A stretch of 64,000 nucleotides of DNA from Flavobacteriales bacterium (GCA_016715895.1 JADJXH010000004.1:287522-351521), one strand, 5' to 3'. Positions 1 to 10,214 are shown, numbered from the stretch's first letter. Numbers and translations: made by a program. Notes: a model not told the origin generated them from the letters alone.

Positions 1-68
1 GTAATCGGAAAGCGGATCATGACGGGCGGCTTCCCCAGTGCCCGGAAGCTCATACCTCTGGACCGAGG

Positions 69-1718
69 TCAGTTGTCGCTGAAGGCGATCTCCACCCACT
101 TGACGCCGTTCCAGACCAGGGTCATCGAATCGTCCTGGGTCAGGCTTCTTCCGAAGAACCCCCCACCGACAGCTTGGGTCGGTGAGTCGGAGATCAGGAT
201 ACCATTGCCGCCAGTGGCGGTGCATTCGATGATGAGGAGCTGGCCGGCTGCCGAACCGGCACCCAGTGCGACCTGGCGAAACCCGGGAGTTCCCGTGGAT
301 CCGATCTGGAAATAGGTCCGATCGGTGGGATCGATCGGGAATCCTGTGAACGTGGCGGTCACCACGGCAGGCGTGGCCGTCACCGCGCCGTTCACATGCA
401 GGGTGGTGGCGGGTGCCGTGGTGCGGATACCCACACGCCCGGTGGCGTCGATCCGCATGCGTTCTCCGCCGCCGTTCACGAACTGGATGTTGCGGCTTAC
501 GGAGTTGTGCCCGATCTGCAACCCCACATCGTTGAGCTCCATGGTGGCGGTATACCCGCTGCTGCTGTTCGCGCGGAACTCGAACTGGGCATTGGTCTGA
601 TTGAAGCGGACCTTTCCGCCCGGCACGTTCACGTCCAGGCCGTTGGCATTGCCCGCCGAGGCATTGGCACTGCCGAAGAGCGCGATGGCGGCACCGTTCG
701 CACTGCTGCCTGACTGAGGACCGAGGAACATGTAGTCCGTGTTGTTGCGATACAGCAGCGCCGCGTTGTCCGCACTGAAGCCACCGTGGAAGAGCGCGCG
801 GCCGACCACATGGAATCGCTCCAAGGGTGTTTGCGTGCCGATCCCCACGCTGGCGGTCACCGTGGCGCCATTCTGGCCGGCGATGGCTCCGAGCACGATG
901 GCGTGGCTCTGGCTCACCTGGGCCCGGGCACCGACCGCCGTGGCATCGGTCAGCGAACCGGAGCCGAATCTGGTCATGAAGCCGAGGCCGGTGTTCCGTG
1001 ATCCGGTGGTGAGGTCGATCCCTGCATCGGTCCCCACGAACGTGTTGCCGAGCCCGGCGCCGTTCAACCAGGACCCGGCACTTCGGCCGATCGCGGTATT
1101 GGCCTGCGAGAACGGCGCGGCCACACCGGCGTTCGCGCCGATGAAGGTGTTGAAGGACCCGTTCGCGTTCATCCGTCCGGCCTCGGCACCGACGTAGGTG
1201 TTGTCCGTGCCCGCCACGGTGGTGAACCGCCCGGCCTCCGCACCGATGCTCACGCCTCTTGTACCGCCGTTCGTTGCGCCGGCCAGGGTCCCGTACGCCA
1301 CGCTCAACACTGGCGCGGCCTTGATGTAGCCGGAGGGAAGGTTGTTCACCCTGAAGTTCAAGCTCTGTGCGTCCGTGGTGCCGATGAACTGGGTGGCCGG
1401 GTCGGTGCCTGAGTTCCCCGCAAGCCGCCAGCCGGGACCCATGCTCAGCGGGGTCCACACCGTGCCATCGAAGTAGAAGAAACCGCCGGCCGTGCTGTTG
1501 AACACCAACAGACTGGTGGCCGGGGCGGGGATGGCGTTCATCTCGGCCGCGGTGACCCGAGGGATCAGCAGGCCGCGCTTGGTGCCGGCGATGGCGCTGC
1601 CGTCGATGTCCAGCAACGCGCTCGGGTGGGGCACCGAACCGTCCACGTTGATCCCGATGTTCTGCGCGGCCAGTGGAAGGGCCGCGGCGAGGACGAGGAA
1701 AAGCTGAAGGGCACGCAT
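69..1718 (-). CDS. Secreted protein with phage tail-fibre-like Gly/Thr/Asn-rich beta-helix repeats
   Basis: N-terminal signal peptide MRALQLFLVLAAALPLAAQ. Long run of degenerate ~14-aa repeats (NTxxGxxAGxxxTTG-like: NTYVGAEAG, NTFIGANAG, NTAIGRSAG, NTFVGTDAG, NTGLGF), then a 'VGIGTQTPLERFHVVG' segment typical of Bacteroidota 'tail fibre domain' proteins. Runs to the window edge at its 3' end (stop at 69). Confidence 0.45.
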   Translation of the reverse strand: MRALQLFLVLAAALPLAAQNIGINVDGSVPHPSALLDIDGSAIAGTKRGLLIPRVTAAEMNAIPAPATSLLVFNSTAGGFFYFDGTVWTPLSMGPGWRLAGNSGTDPATQFIGTTDAQSLNFRVNNLPSGYIKAAPVLSVAYGTLAGATNGGTRGVSIGAEAGRFTTVAGTDNTYVGAEAGRMNANGSFNTFIGANAGVAAPFSQANTAIGRSAGSWLNGAGLGNTFVGTDAGIDLTTGSRNTGLGFMTRFGSGSLTDATAVGARAQVSQSHAIVLGAIAGQNGATVTASVGIGTQTPLERFHVVGRALFHGGFSADNAALLYRNNTDYMFLGPQSGSSANGAAIALFGSANASAGNANGLDVNVPGGKVRFNQTNAQFEFRANSSSGYTATMELNDVGLQIGHNSVSRNIQFVNGGGERMRIDATGRVGIRTTAPATTLHVNGAVTATPAVVTATFTGFPIDPTDRTYFQIGSTGTPGFRQVALGAGSAAGQLLIIECTATGGNGILISDSPTQAVGGGFFGRSLTQDDSMTLVWNGVKWVEIAFSDN

Positions 1719-1786
1719 GGCGGGATCGTTGGAGCCTCAAAGCTCCAGGGCGGGCCAGACGGGCACAATAGAACCTTCGTTGACGA

Positions 1787-2458
1787 TCAGCGCCCGTAGT
1801 AGCGGTTCACCGCCTCGGTGCGGTTGCCCACATGCATCTTCTTGTAGATGCGGTGGATGCTCTGCTTCACCGTGCCCTCACTGACGCCGAACCGGTCGGC
1901 GATCTCCTTGTAGAGGGAACCTTCGGCCAGGAGCTCGAGCACGGCCATGTCGCGATCGGAAAGGCCGGCGGCGACCTGCAGTCCGCCGGCCGGTGCGGGA
2001 CGGAAGTGACGGATCACACGGCGCGCCACGGTCATGCTCATCGGGGCGCCGCCCTGATGGATGTCGAACACGGACGCGGCGATGCGCTCGGGGGATGCGT
2101 TCTTGAGGAGGTAGCCGTTGGCGCCGGCACGAAGGGCCTCGAAGACGAGCTCATCGGTGTCGTTCACGGTGTACATCATGAACTGCGCATCGGGCCATCG
2201 ATGGCGCAGCCCGATGATGCACTCGATGCCGGAGGCCCCGGGCAGGTTGATGTCCATGATGACCACATCGGGCGCTTCCTGCACGTCGGCCGTGGCCAGG
2301 ATCTCCTCGGCCGAACCGTGGACACCGCGAAGCCGGATGCCTTCGGTGGCGATGAACACGGCGCTGAGGACCTCCCGGATCACGGGGTCGTCCTCCACGA
2401 TCCGCAGGGCGATGGGCGGGCGGGCTGCCATGGGGCGAAGGTGGCCGGTGGCGGCCAT
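1787..2458 (-). CDS. Two-component response regulator, NarL/LuxR family (REC + LuxR HTH)
   Basis: REC motifs 'VVIMDINLPGASGIECI'. C-terminal LuxR-type HTH 'LSDRDMAVLELLAEGSLYKEIADRFGVSEGTVKQSIHRIYKKMHV'. Stop is 4 nt from the upstream HK gene. Confidence 0.85.
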   Translation of the reverse strand: MAATGHLRPMAARPPIALRIVEDDPVIREVLSAVFIATEGIRLRGVHGSAEEILATADVQEAPDVVIMDINLPGASGIECIIGLRHRWPDAQFMMYTVNDTDELVFEALRAGANGYLLKNASPERIAASVFDIHQGGAPMSMTVARRVIRHFRPAPAGGLQVAAGLSDRDMAVLELLAEGSLYKEIADRFGVSEGTVKQSIHRIYKKMHVGNRTEAVNRYYGR

Positions 2459-2462
2459 CCCA

Positions 2463-4301
2463 TCAAGCTAACTTTCGTTGCCCGAGGGGCACGGTGAAGC
2501 GCAGATGCGTGCCCCGCCCGACGGGAACGAGCTCCACGCCGCCTCCGATGCCGGCCATGCGCTTGCGCATGTTGGGCAGGCCATTGCCACTGGAGCCGTT
2601 CAACCCCGACAGCCCGCGGCCGTCATCGATCACCTCGATGATCAGGCCCTCTGACCACCGCAGCACCAGGGTCACCCGGGTGGCATCCGCATGCTTCACG
2701 ATGTTGTGCAGCGCCTCCTTCACGACCAGGAAACAATTGCGTCGCTCGGTGGTGCCCACGGTCAGGGACGGCCAGGGACCGTCGGCCTTCACGTCGAGCG
2801 GGATGCCGTGCTCCGCGAGGTAGGTGCGCGCGTGGTTGTTGATGTAGGCCACGAGGTCGGCGAGCTCGCCCTGGTCGTCCTGCAGGGCCCAGATGATGTG
2901 GCGCATGCTGGCCATGAGCTCCTCGGCGCGGCGGGCCTGTTCGCGGAGGAGCGCCTCCCGGTCGATTCGGCTCCCGGGCATCAGGGCCATCTCGCTGCGC
3001 AGCTTCAACCCGCTGAGGCCCACACCAAGGTCGTCGTGCAGATCGCGGCCCACCTGTTCGCGCACCCGCAGCTCGGCGATGGTCCGGTTCTGCCGTTCAC
3101 GCATCAATTCGCTCTCCGCAAGACGACGACGCGTCTTCTGCCTGCCGGAGACGAGCAGGAAGATGACCACGATCACCCCCAGGAGCAGCCCGCCGATGGC
3201 CAGGATGAAGAGGCGGACGACGCGCGCGCGATCCAGCTCGGCGGCGATGCGCTGGCGCTCCAGACGCTCCACCTCCAGGTCGTTGTCCGCGCGGAGCAGC
3301 TCGTCCTGTGCGGCCAGGCCCGACCGGATGTTGCGGGCGGTGATGGTGCTGTCGATGCGGTGCCAGTCCGCCAGATCGGCCAGGGCCCCCTGGACATCCC
3401 CCAGCTGCCTCAGCGTGGCGCTGGCCACACGAGCGAAGTTGCGCTGGGTCACCAGCCCGATGCCGGAGCGGTTCTCCAACAGGTAGGCGCGGGCGCGTTC
3501 CAATGCACGGAGCGCATCCTCCCGCCTCGCGGCGACGGCCAGCGCCCGTGCGCGCCCCACCAGCGCATCCACGCCGATGTCGTGATCGGCGTGTTCGGCG
3601 GCGATCGCGAAGGAGCGGTCATACCGGTGCAGGGCGCTGTCGGCGCGATGCCGCTGCACGGCCAGGTTGCCAAGGCCCCACCAGGCCACGGCGGCGGCAC
3701 GGCCCACCCCGGCCTCCTCGGCCAGGGCCAGCGAACGGCGCAGATGCCATTCGGCACTGCCATGCGCGCCCAGGGTGGTGAGGTAGGTGCCGAGGTTGCC
3801 ATGGATGTGGTGCAGCTCGGTGACGGGATAACGCGCTTCGGGCCGCTGCGGGAACAGCCGCAGGGCCGCCCTGAGGTAGGGCAGGGCGAGCCGGTTGTCC
3901 TGGATGTTCTCGTGCAGCAGGCCCTTCATGTTGAGGACGTTCGCCATCAGCGTGCTGTCGCCGAGCCGGTCGGCCAGCGCTCCGCACGCATCAAGGTCCC
4001 GCATGGCCTCGTTGAAGAGGCCTTCGTAGTAAAGCACCTCGGCGCGATAGCTGAGCAGGTAACAGCGCGCCTCCTCATCGGCCTGCGTGCGAACCAGGGC
4101 CTCGTTGATCAAGCGCAGCGCCGAGTCCGCGTGGAAGGCGTCCATCTGCAGCAGGATGCCCTCCATCCTGCGGTGGAGGTCGGCATCGGGAAAGGGCGGG
4201 AGCTGGCGCATGGTGCGGCCCACGCGCTGCTGCGCACCAAGCGGTGGGACCATGCCGATCAGCACGGCCACGCACATGCAGGCCCTGACGAACGCCGTCA
4301 T
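2463..4301 (-). CDS. Sensor histidine kinase (TPR-like periplasmic region, TM, HisKA_3, HATPase_c)
   Basis: Signal peptide and TPR-like helical repeats. TM segment 'VVRLFILAIGGLLLGVIVVIFLLV'. HisKA_3 box 'DLHDDLGVGLSGLKLRSEMA'. ATPase G-boxes 'VVKEALHNIVKHA...IDDGRGL...GNGLPNMRKRMAGIGG'. Overlaps the upstream RR gene by 4 nt. Confidence 0.85.
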   Translation of the reverse strand: MTAFVRACMCVAVLIGMVPPLGAQQRVGRTMRQLPPFPDADLHRRMEGILLQMDAFHADSALRLINEALVRTQADEEARCYLLSYRAEVLYYEGLFNEAMRDLDACGALADRLGDSTLMANVLNMKGLLHENIQDNRLALPYLRAALRLFPQRPEARYPVTELHHIHGNLGTYLTTLGAHGSAEWHLRRSLALAEEAGVGRAAAVAWWGLGNLAVQRHRADSALHRYDRSFAIAAEHADHDIGVDALVGRARALAVAARREDALRALERARAYLLENRSGIGLVTQRNFARVASATLRQLGDVQGALADLADWHRIDSTITARNIRSGLAAQDELLRADNDLEVERLERQRIAAELDRARVVRLFILAIGGLLLGVIVVIFLLVSGRQKTRRRLAESELMRERQNRTIAELRVREQVGRDLHDDLGVGLSGLKLRSEMALMPGSRIDREALLREQARRAEELMASMRHIIWALQDDQGELADLVAYINNHARTYLAEHGIPLDVKADGPWPSLTVGTTERRNCFLVVKEALHNIVKHADATRVTLVLRWSEGLIIEVIDDGRGLSGLNGSSGNGLPNMRKRMAGIGGGVELVPVGRGTHLRFTVPLGQRKLA

Positions 4302-4933
4302 CGACCGAAGTAGCGGTTCACCGCCTCGGTGCGGTTCTGCACGTGCAGCTTCTCGTACATGCGGTGGATGTGCTGCTTGATGGTGCCCACGGTGATGCCC
4401 AACCGCTCACCGATCTCCTTGTACAACAGGCCTTCGGCCAGCAGCGAGAGGATCTGTTGCTCCCGTTCGGTGAGCCGCGCCCCGTCCACCGGGGCCGTCG
4501 ACCGCGGCCTCAGATGCGCCACCACCCGTCGTGCGACATGGGCGCTCATGGGGCTGCCTCCACCGTGCAGCTCCCTCACCGCCTCGATGATCTCGTCGGG
4601 GGTGGCGCTCTTCAGGATGTAGCCGTTCGCGCCGGCCTTCAACGCCTCGAACACCCGGTTGTCGTCGTCGTGCACGGTGTACATCAGGAACTGCGTGCCG
4701 ACGCACCGCCGGCTCAGCTCGCGCACACAGTCGATCCCGCTCAACCCCGGAAGGTTGATGTCCATGATGGCCACCTGCGGGCAGTTGGTGCCCAGTCGCA
4801 GCAGGGCGTCCTCCGCGCTGCTGTGGGCGGTGAAGAGCTCAAGCCCCGGCTCGTCCCCGAACAGGGTGCGGAGCGTCTCCCGGATGATGGGGTCATCCTC
4901 CACGATGCTCACACGGATGGGATCGGTGCTCAT
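4298..4933 (-). CDS. Two-component response regulator, NarL/LuxR family
   Basis: REC 'VAIMDINLPGLSGIDCVREL'. LuxR HTH 'LTEREQQILSLLAEGLLYKEIGERLGITVGTIKQHIHRMYEKLHV'. ATGA overlap with the upstream HK. Confidence 0.85.
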   Translation of the reverse strand: MSTDPIRVSIVEDDPIIRETLRTLFGDEPGLELFTAHSSAEDALLRLGTNCPQVAIMDINLPGLSGIDCVRELSRRCVGTQFLMYTVHDDDNRVFEALKAGANGYILKSATPDEIIEAVRELHGGGSPMSAHVARRVVAHLRPRSTAPVDGARLTEREQQILSLLAEGLLYKEIGERLGITVGTIKQHIHRMYEKLHVQNRTEAVNRYFGR

Positions 4934-7900
4934 GCGCTGCGAAGGTCCTCCGGCCGGGTCGGACGTCCTATAGAACGAAGGTTAGGGGGGGCTTCCATCG
5001 GCACACGGAAGCGGAGGCAGGCCCCGGGGTGGTCGGGATCCGTGGAGCGCTCCAGGGTGAGCGTTCCGCCCAGGGCCGCGATCCGCCGGCCCATGTTGCG
5101 CAGGCCGTTGCCCTCGGTGGCCTCGGCGTGGGCGGGAGGCCCCGGCCCATCATCCGCGATGCGGACGTCCAGCGCCCCCTCACGCCAGGCCATCACCAGG
5201 CGCACCTGACGGGCGGCGGCATGCTTCACCACGTTGTGCAGGGCCTCCTTCACGACGAGGAAGATGTTGCGCCGCTGCTCCGCGCTCAAGGTCCGCAGCG
5301 GCATCCGCTCCTCCACGTCCACCCGCAGACGGATGCCATGCTCATCGCAATAGCGGCGGGCGTGGTTGGTGGTGTAGGCCACCAGGTCGGCCAGCTCGGC
5401 CTGGTCGGCGTTCATGGCCCAGATGATCTGGCGCATGCTGCCGATGAGCTCCCCGGCGGTCCGGGCCAGGGAGCCGAGGTGCGCGCGTTTGGCGGGGTCC
5501 TGTTCCACGCGAAGGGCCATTTCGCTGCGCAGCTTCAGCGCGCTGAGCCCGGCCCCCAGGTCATCGTGCATGTCCCCGGCGATCCGCATGCGCTCGGCCA
5601 GTACGGCCTGCTCCCGCTCGAACGCCTCGCGCTGCCGCCGCAGCCGCGCATGGAGGTAGGCCTTGAACCCGGCGAAGGCGGCCGCACCGATCGCCAACAG
5701 GGCGAGCGCCCGGAACCACCAGGTGGCGTGAAAAGGGGGCAACACCTGCACGGCCACTGCGGCCTCCTCCGGCGCCCAATGCACGCCGTCAAGGCTCATC
5801 TGCACGACGAGCTGATGCGATCCGGGGTCCAGATCGAACAGATCGATCCGCTTGGCGGCACCGATCTCCTTCCAGGCGGTATCGGCGGGAAGGACGCGGT
5901 AGCGGAAGAGCGGGACCTCACCGGGCATCACGCCGAGGCCGCCCAGTTCGAGCATCAGGGCCTTCCGGTCGGGTTCAAGGACCAGGTCCGCCGGCGCACC
6001 GAGCACGGTCGCATCACCCACGCGGTGGGCGGTGAACACCGGGACCGGCGGCAGCCCGTGTCGTTCGCGCAGGGGATCGTGCAGCAGGATCCGCGGACCG
6101 ACCCCGATGGCGATGCGGCCGTCGGGAAGCTCCACCAGGGCCCGGGAGAACGCCTGCCCGTCCAGTGCCGAGGGCAGCAGCATCGCGGCGAAGGTGGCCG
6201 CGCCCGGTGGTCGACGCGCCAGCCCCTGTGGCGTGGCGGCCCAGATGGTACCGTCCCGCGTGGCGCACAGCGCCAGGATGCGCGTGCCGGGCAGTCCGTC
6301 GCGCCGCCCGATGTACCGCTCGGATACGCCGGCCGGGTCATGCACAACCAGCCCATGCTCATGGGTGCCCAGCCACAGCAGGCCATCCGGACCCTGGGCC
6401 ATGCAGCGCACCACGCCGCCCACATGGGCGCCCGCCGCGTTCATCACGGCCGACCAGCGGCCCGCATGGAACCGGGCCAGTCCTCCGCCGTTGTTCAGCC
6501 CGGCCCAATGGCCACCGTCGGCCGTGGAGAGCCAGCTGAGCAGCATGAGGTTCGGCAGCCGCCCCCATGGACCGTCCGCGGTGTCCACGCGCTGCGCTTC
6601 ACCCGTACGCGGGTCCACGCGCCACAGCCCGCGCTGCCAGGTGCCGAGCCACAGCGCATCATCGGTGCGCTCTGCGAAGGTGAAGGCGCTGACCGCACCG
6701 TTGGGCACCAGCGCGGTGATGCCGTCGGCGGGACGAAGGGTGGCGGCGTGTACATCCAGCTCGGCCAGGCCACGGCCCGTGCAGACCAGCACGCGCCCAT
6801 CGACCGTGGCACCGAAGGCATGCACCAGGTTGGCGGAGTAGCGGACATCATCGGGCGCTCCAGGCACCTCGACCCGGAGTGCGGTGGATGCGCCGGTCCG
6901 GTGATCGACGAGGTGCACACCACCACCCTCGGTGCCCACCAGCAGCGTATCCTCTCCCCAGGCACGGATGACCGAGACCGCGAAGGGCGACGCATCGAAG
7001 GGAAGGACGGTATGCGCCTGCGCCCCCGGCCGCAGCACGGCCAGGCCCCCTGCGGTCCCGAGCAGGAACACACCGGAGCGCATCGTCCGCAGGCACCCCG
7101 CACGGGTGGATGGCGATCCGATCCCATCCGGTCGCACCTCCGACCAGGGCCCGTTCGGCGCGCGTACGAACAGGCGGTGCGTCCAGGTGGCGATCCAATG
7201 GCGGCCCTCGGCATCGAAGGTCTGGCAGCGCAGCTCGAACCGATTGGGCTGTTCCTCGACATCGGGCAATGCGGTAAGGTCGCCGGTCCGCAGGTCGTAC
7301 CGGAACAGCGTGTAGGGGCCATGCCGCATGTACCACAAGGCCTGGTCATGCACGACCGGCGCCCCGGTGGCCGAGAGGTCCGACCATGGCAGCATCGTGC
7401 TGTTGCGGTGGTCCGTCCACCGATCGGTGGCCGCGTCCCACGACGCGATGCCCCGGGCCGTGGCGGCCCAGATGGTGGCCCTCGGTGCATCCCAGAAGAG
7501 CGAGGAGTTCGATCGCATGCGGCCGGCTGGTCCCTCCCCGGGTGGACGGTCCTGCACGCTGTGGAGCCGCCCGTTCCGCGGGTCGCCACGGAAAAGCCCC
7601 GCCTCGGTGACCACCCAGAGCAGGGTGTCGCCCACGGCCACCACCTGGCGCATGCGGTTGGCCTGCAGGGCGTCGTTGCCCGAGGCCGTGACCCGCACGT
7701 TGACGAAGGTGCCGGAGCGGGGCACGAACCGGGACAGCCCGCTCATGGTGGCGAACCAGAGGGTGCCATCAGGCGCCTGGTCGATGCAGTTGACCTGATC
7801 ATGCGCCAGGCTGCTGCTGTCGACCGGGTCATGATGGAACGTCCGCACACGGGTCCCCTCCAGCCGGGCGAGGCCATCGGTGGTGCCCACCCAGACGAAC

Positions 7901-8044
7901 CCATCACGGTCCTCGAAGACGGCGTGCACCTCGTCGGACGGCAGGCCCTGCTCCACACCGATACGGTCGAACAGCAGCTGGGCGTCCATGGCGAGGACCC
8001 TCAGCAAGGTGGCGATCAGCAGGATGGGACGCATGCGGGCCGGG
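4930..8044 (-). CDS. Hybrid-architecture sensor histidine kinase (periplasmic two-component-regulator beta-propeller repeats + Y_Y_Y + HisKA_3 + HATPase_c)
   Basis: The ORF track extends to 9183, but the plausible start is the ATG giving 'MRPILLIATLLRVLAMDAQLLFDRIGVEQGLPSDEVHAVFEDRDGFVWVGT', which is the typical beginning of Reg_prop proteins. Many 'DG.LW.GT..GL' propeller repeats. TM 'WWFRALALLAIGAAAFAGF'. HisKA_3 box 'DMHDDLGAGLSALKLRSEMA'. HATPase 'VVKEALHNVVKHA...DDGPGPP...GNGLRNMGRRIAALGG'. Confidence 0.8.
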
Positions 8045-8106
8045 CGGAAGCGCACAGGGCAAAGCTCGGCAAGCGGGACACCCGGGCGCGGGTCTATTTT
8101 TCGGGC

Positions 8107-9093
8107 ATGTTGACCGACCGGCACGGCCGCACGCACCGCAGCCTGCGCATCAGCATCGTGGACAAGTGCGACCTGCGCTGCACCTACTGCATGCCGGAGG
8201 ATCAACATTTCCTGAAGCGCGAGGAGTTGATGACCCGCGCGGAGATCCTCACCATCGCACGGCTCTTCGTGGAGCGCTATGGGATCGCCAAGATCCGGCT
8301 CACCGGAGGCGAACCACTGGTGCGACCCGATGTGGTGGACATCGTGCGCGACCTTTCGCAGCTGCCGGTGAAGCTGGGACTCACCACCAACGCGCTCAGT
8401 CTGCACAAGCACCTGGATGGGTTGATGGATGCCGGTCTGAAGGGGGTGAACGTCAGCCTGGACACCTTCGATGCGGATCGCTTCCGGAAGATCGCGCGAC
8501 GCGATGGTTTCGACACGGTGCATGCCAACATCCTGCTCGCCCTGCGGAAGGGCCTCCGGGTAAAAGTGAACATGGTGGTGATGCGCGGGGTGAACGACGA
8601 CGAGCTCCTGCGCTTCGTGGAGCTCACCCGCGACCACGACCTGCACGTCCGTTTCATCGAGTTCATGCCCTTTGCGGGCAATCAATGGGGCCGCGATCGC
8701 GTGTACACCTACGCCGAGATGCTGGGCCGCATTGGCAGTGCGCATGCCTTCGAGAAACTGAACGACGACCCGCACAGCACGGCCAAGGCCTACCGGGTAC
8801 CGGGCTGGCCCGGCACCTTCGCGGTGATCAGCACGGTGACGGAGCCCTTCTGCGGCACGTGTGACCGGCTGCGGGTGACCGCGGAGGGCAGGATGCGCAA
8901 CTGCCTCTTTGCCCGCGAGGAGACCGACCTGCTCTCCGCCCTGCGCCGTGGAGAGGACATCGCGCCCTTGATCGAGGCGAATGTGCTGGCCAAGCACGCC
9001 ATGCTCGGCGGCCTGCCGCCCTTCAGGCCCGAGAAGCAGGAGGAGGTCCTGCACGACCTGAGCGAACGGCCGATGGTGGCGATCGGGGGATAG
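8107..9093 (+). CDS. moaA: GTP 3',8-cyclase MoaA (radical SAM; Moco biosynthesis step 1)
   Basis: Motifs 'ISIVDKCDLRCTYCMP' (CxxxCxxC radical-SAM cluster) and C-terminal 'FCGTCDRLRVTAEGRMRNCLF' (second cluster). 328 aa, typical MoaA size. Confidence 0.9.
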   Translation: MLTDRHGRTHRSLRISIVDKCDLRCTYCMPEDQHFLKREELMTRAEILTIARLFVERYGIAKIRLTGGEPLVRPDVVDIVRDLSQLPVKLGLTTNALSLHKHLDGLMDAGLKGVNVSLDTFDADRFRKIARRDGFDTVHANILLALRKGLRVKVNMVVMRGVNDDELLRFVELTRDHDLHVRFIEFMPFAGNQWGRDRVYTYAEMLGRIGSAHAFEKLNDDPHSTAKAYRVPGWPGTFAVISTVTEPFCGTCDRLRVTAEGRMRNCLFAREETDLLSALRRGEDIAPLIEANVLAKHAMLGGLPPFRPEKQEEVLHDLSERPMVAIGG

Positions 9094-9095
9094 TT

Positions 9096-9131
9096 CATGT
9101 GCACATGTGCTCATGAGCACATGTGCACATG
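9096..9131. terminator. Perfect 36-bp palindrome between the convergent moaA and NAP-like genes (candidate bidirectional terminator or protein-binding site)
   Basis: CATGTGCACATGTGCTCATGAGCACATGTGCACATG is its own reverse complement. It lies exactly between the moaA stop (9091-9093) and the minus-strand gene stop (9134-9136). Confidence 0.5.
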
Positions 9132-9133
9132 CC

Positions 9134-10156
9134 CTAGAGTTCCTGCTCGTAGTAGATCTTGTAGAACTTCCGGCCCTGGTCATCCACCCCCCGCTCGATC
9201 TTGTTGCGGTCGCCGTGGATGTAGATGTGGAAGTTCTTGTCCAGTTTCAGCACGCTCTTGAACACACGGGCCTGCTTCTTCACGGCGTCGGCGCTGATGG
9301 CGAAGCGGTCCTCCAGGTCCACGGCGCGCTCCTCCTGGAAGCGGTCGCCGAAGCGCTCGAAGGAGCCGATCACCTCCTCGCTTTGGAACACCTCACGGGC
9401 GAAGGAGCTCCGGTCGAACTCGGTGTTGTCCTTGAAGTACTGGACGGAGCGGTTCAGCAGGTCGATCTGGTCGGCCTTGGGGATCTCGTAGTCCTGCGGC
9501 AGTTGCTCGGTGATGAACGAGCGCGTCATCTCCAGCAGGTTATTGGTGCTGTTCACGTGGTCCTGTTTGGCACGGAGCCCGGCGAAGGCCTGCTGCCAGA
9601 ACCCGCTGCGCGGATCGTCATCGATCACCAGCACGGTGTGCTCACCCGGGGTGAAGAGCACCAGCAGGGCCTGGTCCGGCCTGCGCCCCCCCAGCCCGCG
9701 TTTGAGGCGCATGCCGATGTGGCCCCCACTGACCTTGCTCTCCAGGAAGACCTCCTTGTCGTCGAACTTGAGGATGCCCAGCGCATCATGCACCGCCCCG
9801 GCCAGCTCCACGGCGTGGAAGCGGACGACGAAGAGGTCACCGCCGCGCACCTCATGCTCCGCGGCGGTGTCGATGAGGAGCTTGGCGATGGCCCGGGACA
9901 CCCCGACCAGGTCCTTCGCCTTCGCCGCCTTGGCGCACAGGGCCTGAAGGGCATTGCCAGCACCCTGTGCTCCGTCGCCGAAGGTGTGGGTGACGGCCAC
10001 CGAGGCGAAGGGCTTCAGGAAGAGGCGGCGCAGGAACTCCTGCTCCTCGGGCCCCTGCAGCACGGCGCTCACGTCGGAGAGCACGCTGGGCGATCCATCC
10101 GTGCCCACCCGGTGCAGCACCAATTCCTCCACCATCGCCTCCTTGCCGTTGATCAT
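9134..10156 (-). CDS. Nucleoid-associated protein, NdpA/YejK-like (PF04245-type)
   Basis: 340 aa. Layout resembles NdpA ('ELVLHRVGT' near the N-terminus, 'GGDLFVVRFH' block, charged C-terminal half). The family call is from memory of YejK, not from a search. Confidence 0.45.
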   Translation of the reverse strand: MINGKEAMVEELVLHRVGTDGSPSVLSDVSAVLQGPEEQEFLRRLFLKPFASVAVTHTFGDGAQGAGNALQALCAKAAKAKDLVGVSRAIAKLLIDTAAEHEVRGGDLFVVRFHAVELAGAVHDALGILKFDDKEVFLESKVSGGHIGMRLKRGLGGRRPDQALLVLFTPGEHTVLVIDDDPRSGFWQQAFAGLRAKQDHVNSTNNLLEMTRSFITEQLPQDYEIPKADQIDLLNRSVQYFKDNTEFDRSSFAREVFQSEEVIGSFERFGDRFQEERAVDLEDRFAISADAVKKQARVFKSVLKLDKNFHIYIHGDRNKIERGVDDQGRKFYKIYYEQEL

Positions 10157-10214
10157 GCGTTGCGCGCCTGGCCTGTTGGCGAAGGCGAGGCGGCGAAGGT
10201 ATTGGGGAGGGCTC

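Noticed and set aside
8045-8106. Possible Moco riboswitch upstream of moaA
   Set aside because: Only 62 bp separate the divergent starts, which is too short for the ~140-nt Moco RNA motif. No conserved elements recognised by eye.
5029-9093. 1,354-aa plus-strand ORF spanning the antisense of the propeller histidine kinase and continuing into moaA
   Set aside because: Antisense to a gene with clear domain content. Only the last 328 codons (from MLTDRHG, 8107) have MoaA motifs. Long open frames on the opposite strand are expected at this GC content.
8045-9183. N-terminal ~380-codon extension of the 4930..9183 ORF (total 1,417 aa)
   Set aside because: The extension is antisense to moaA and compositionally non-protein-like. 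The kinase begins plausibly at the ATG at 8044 (MRPILLIATLL...).
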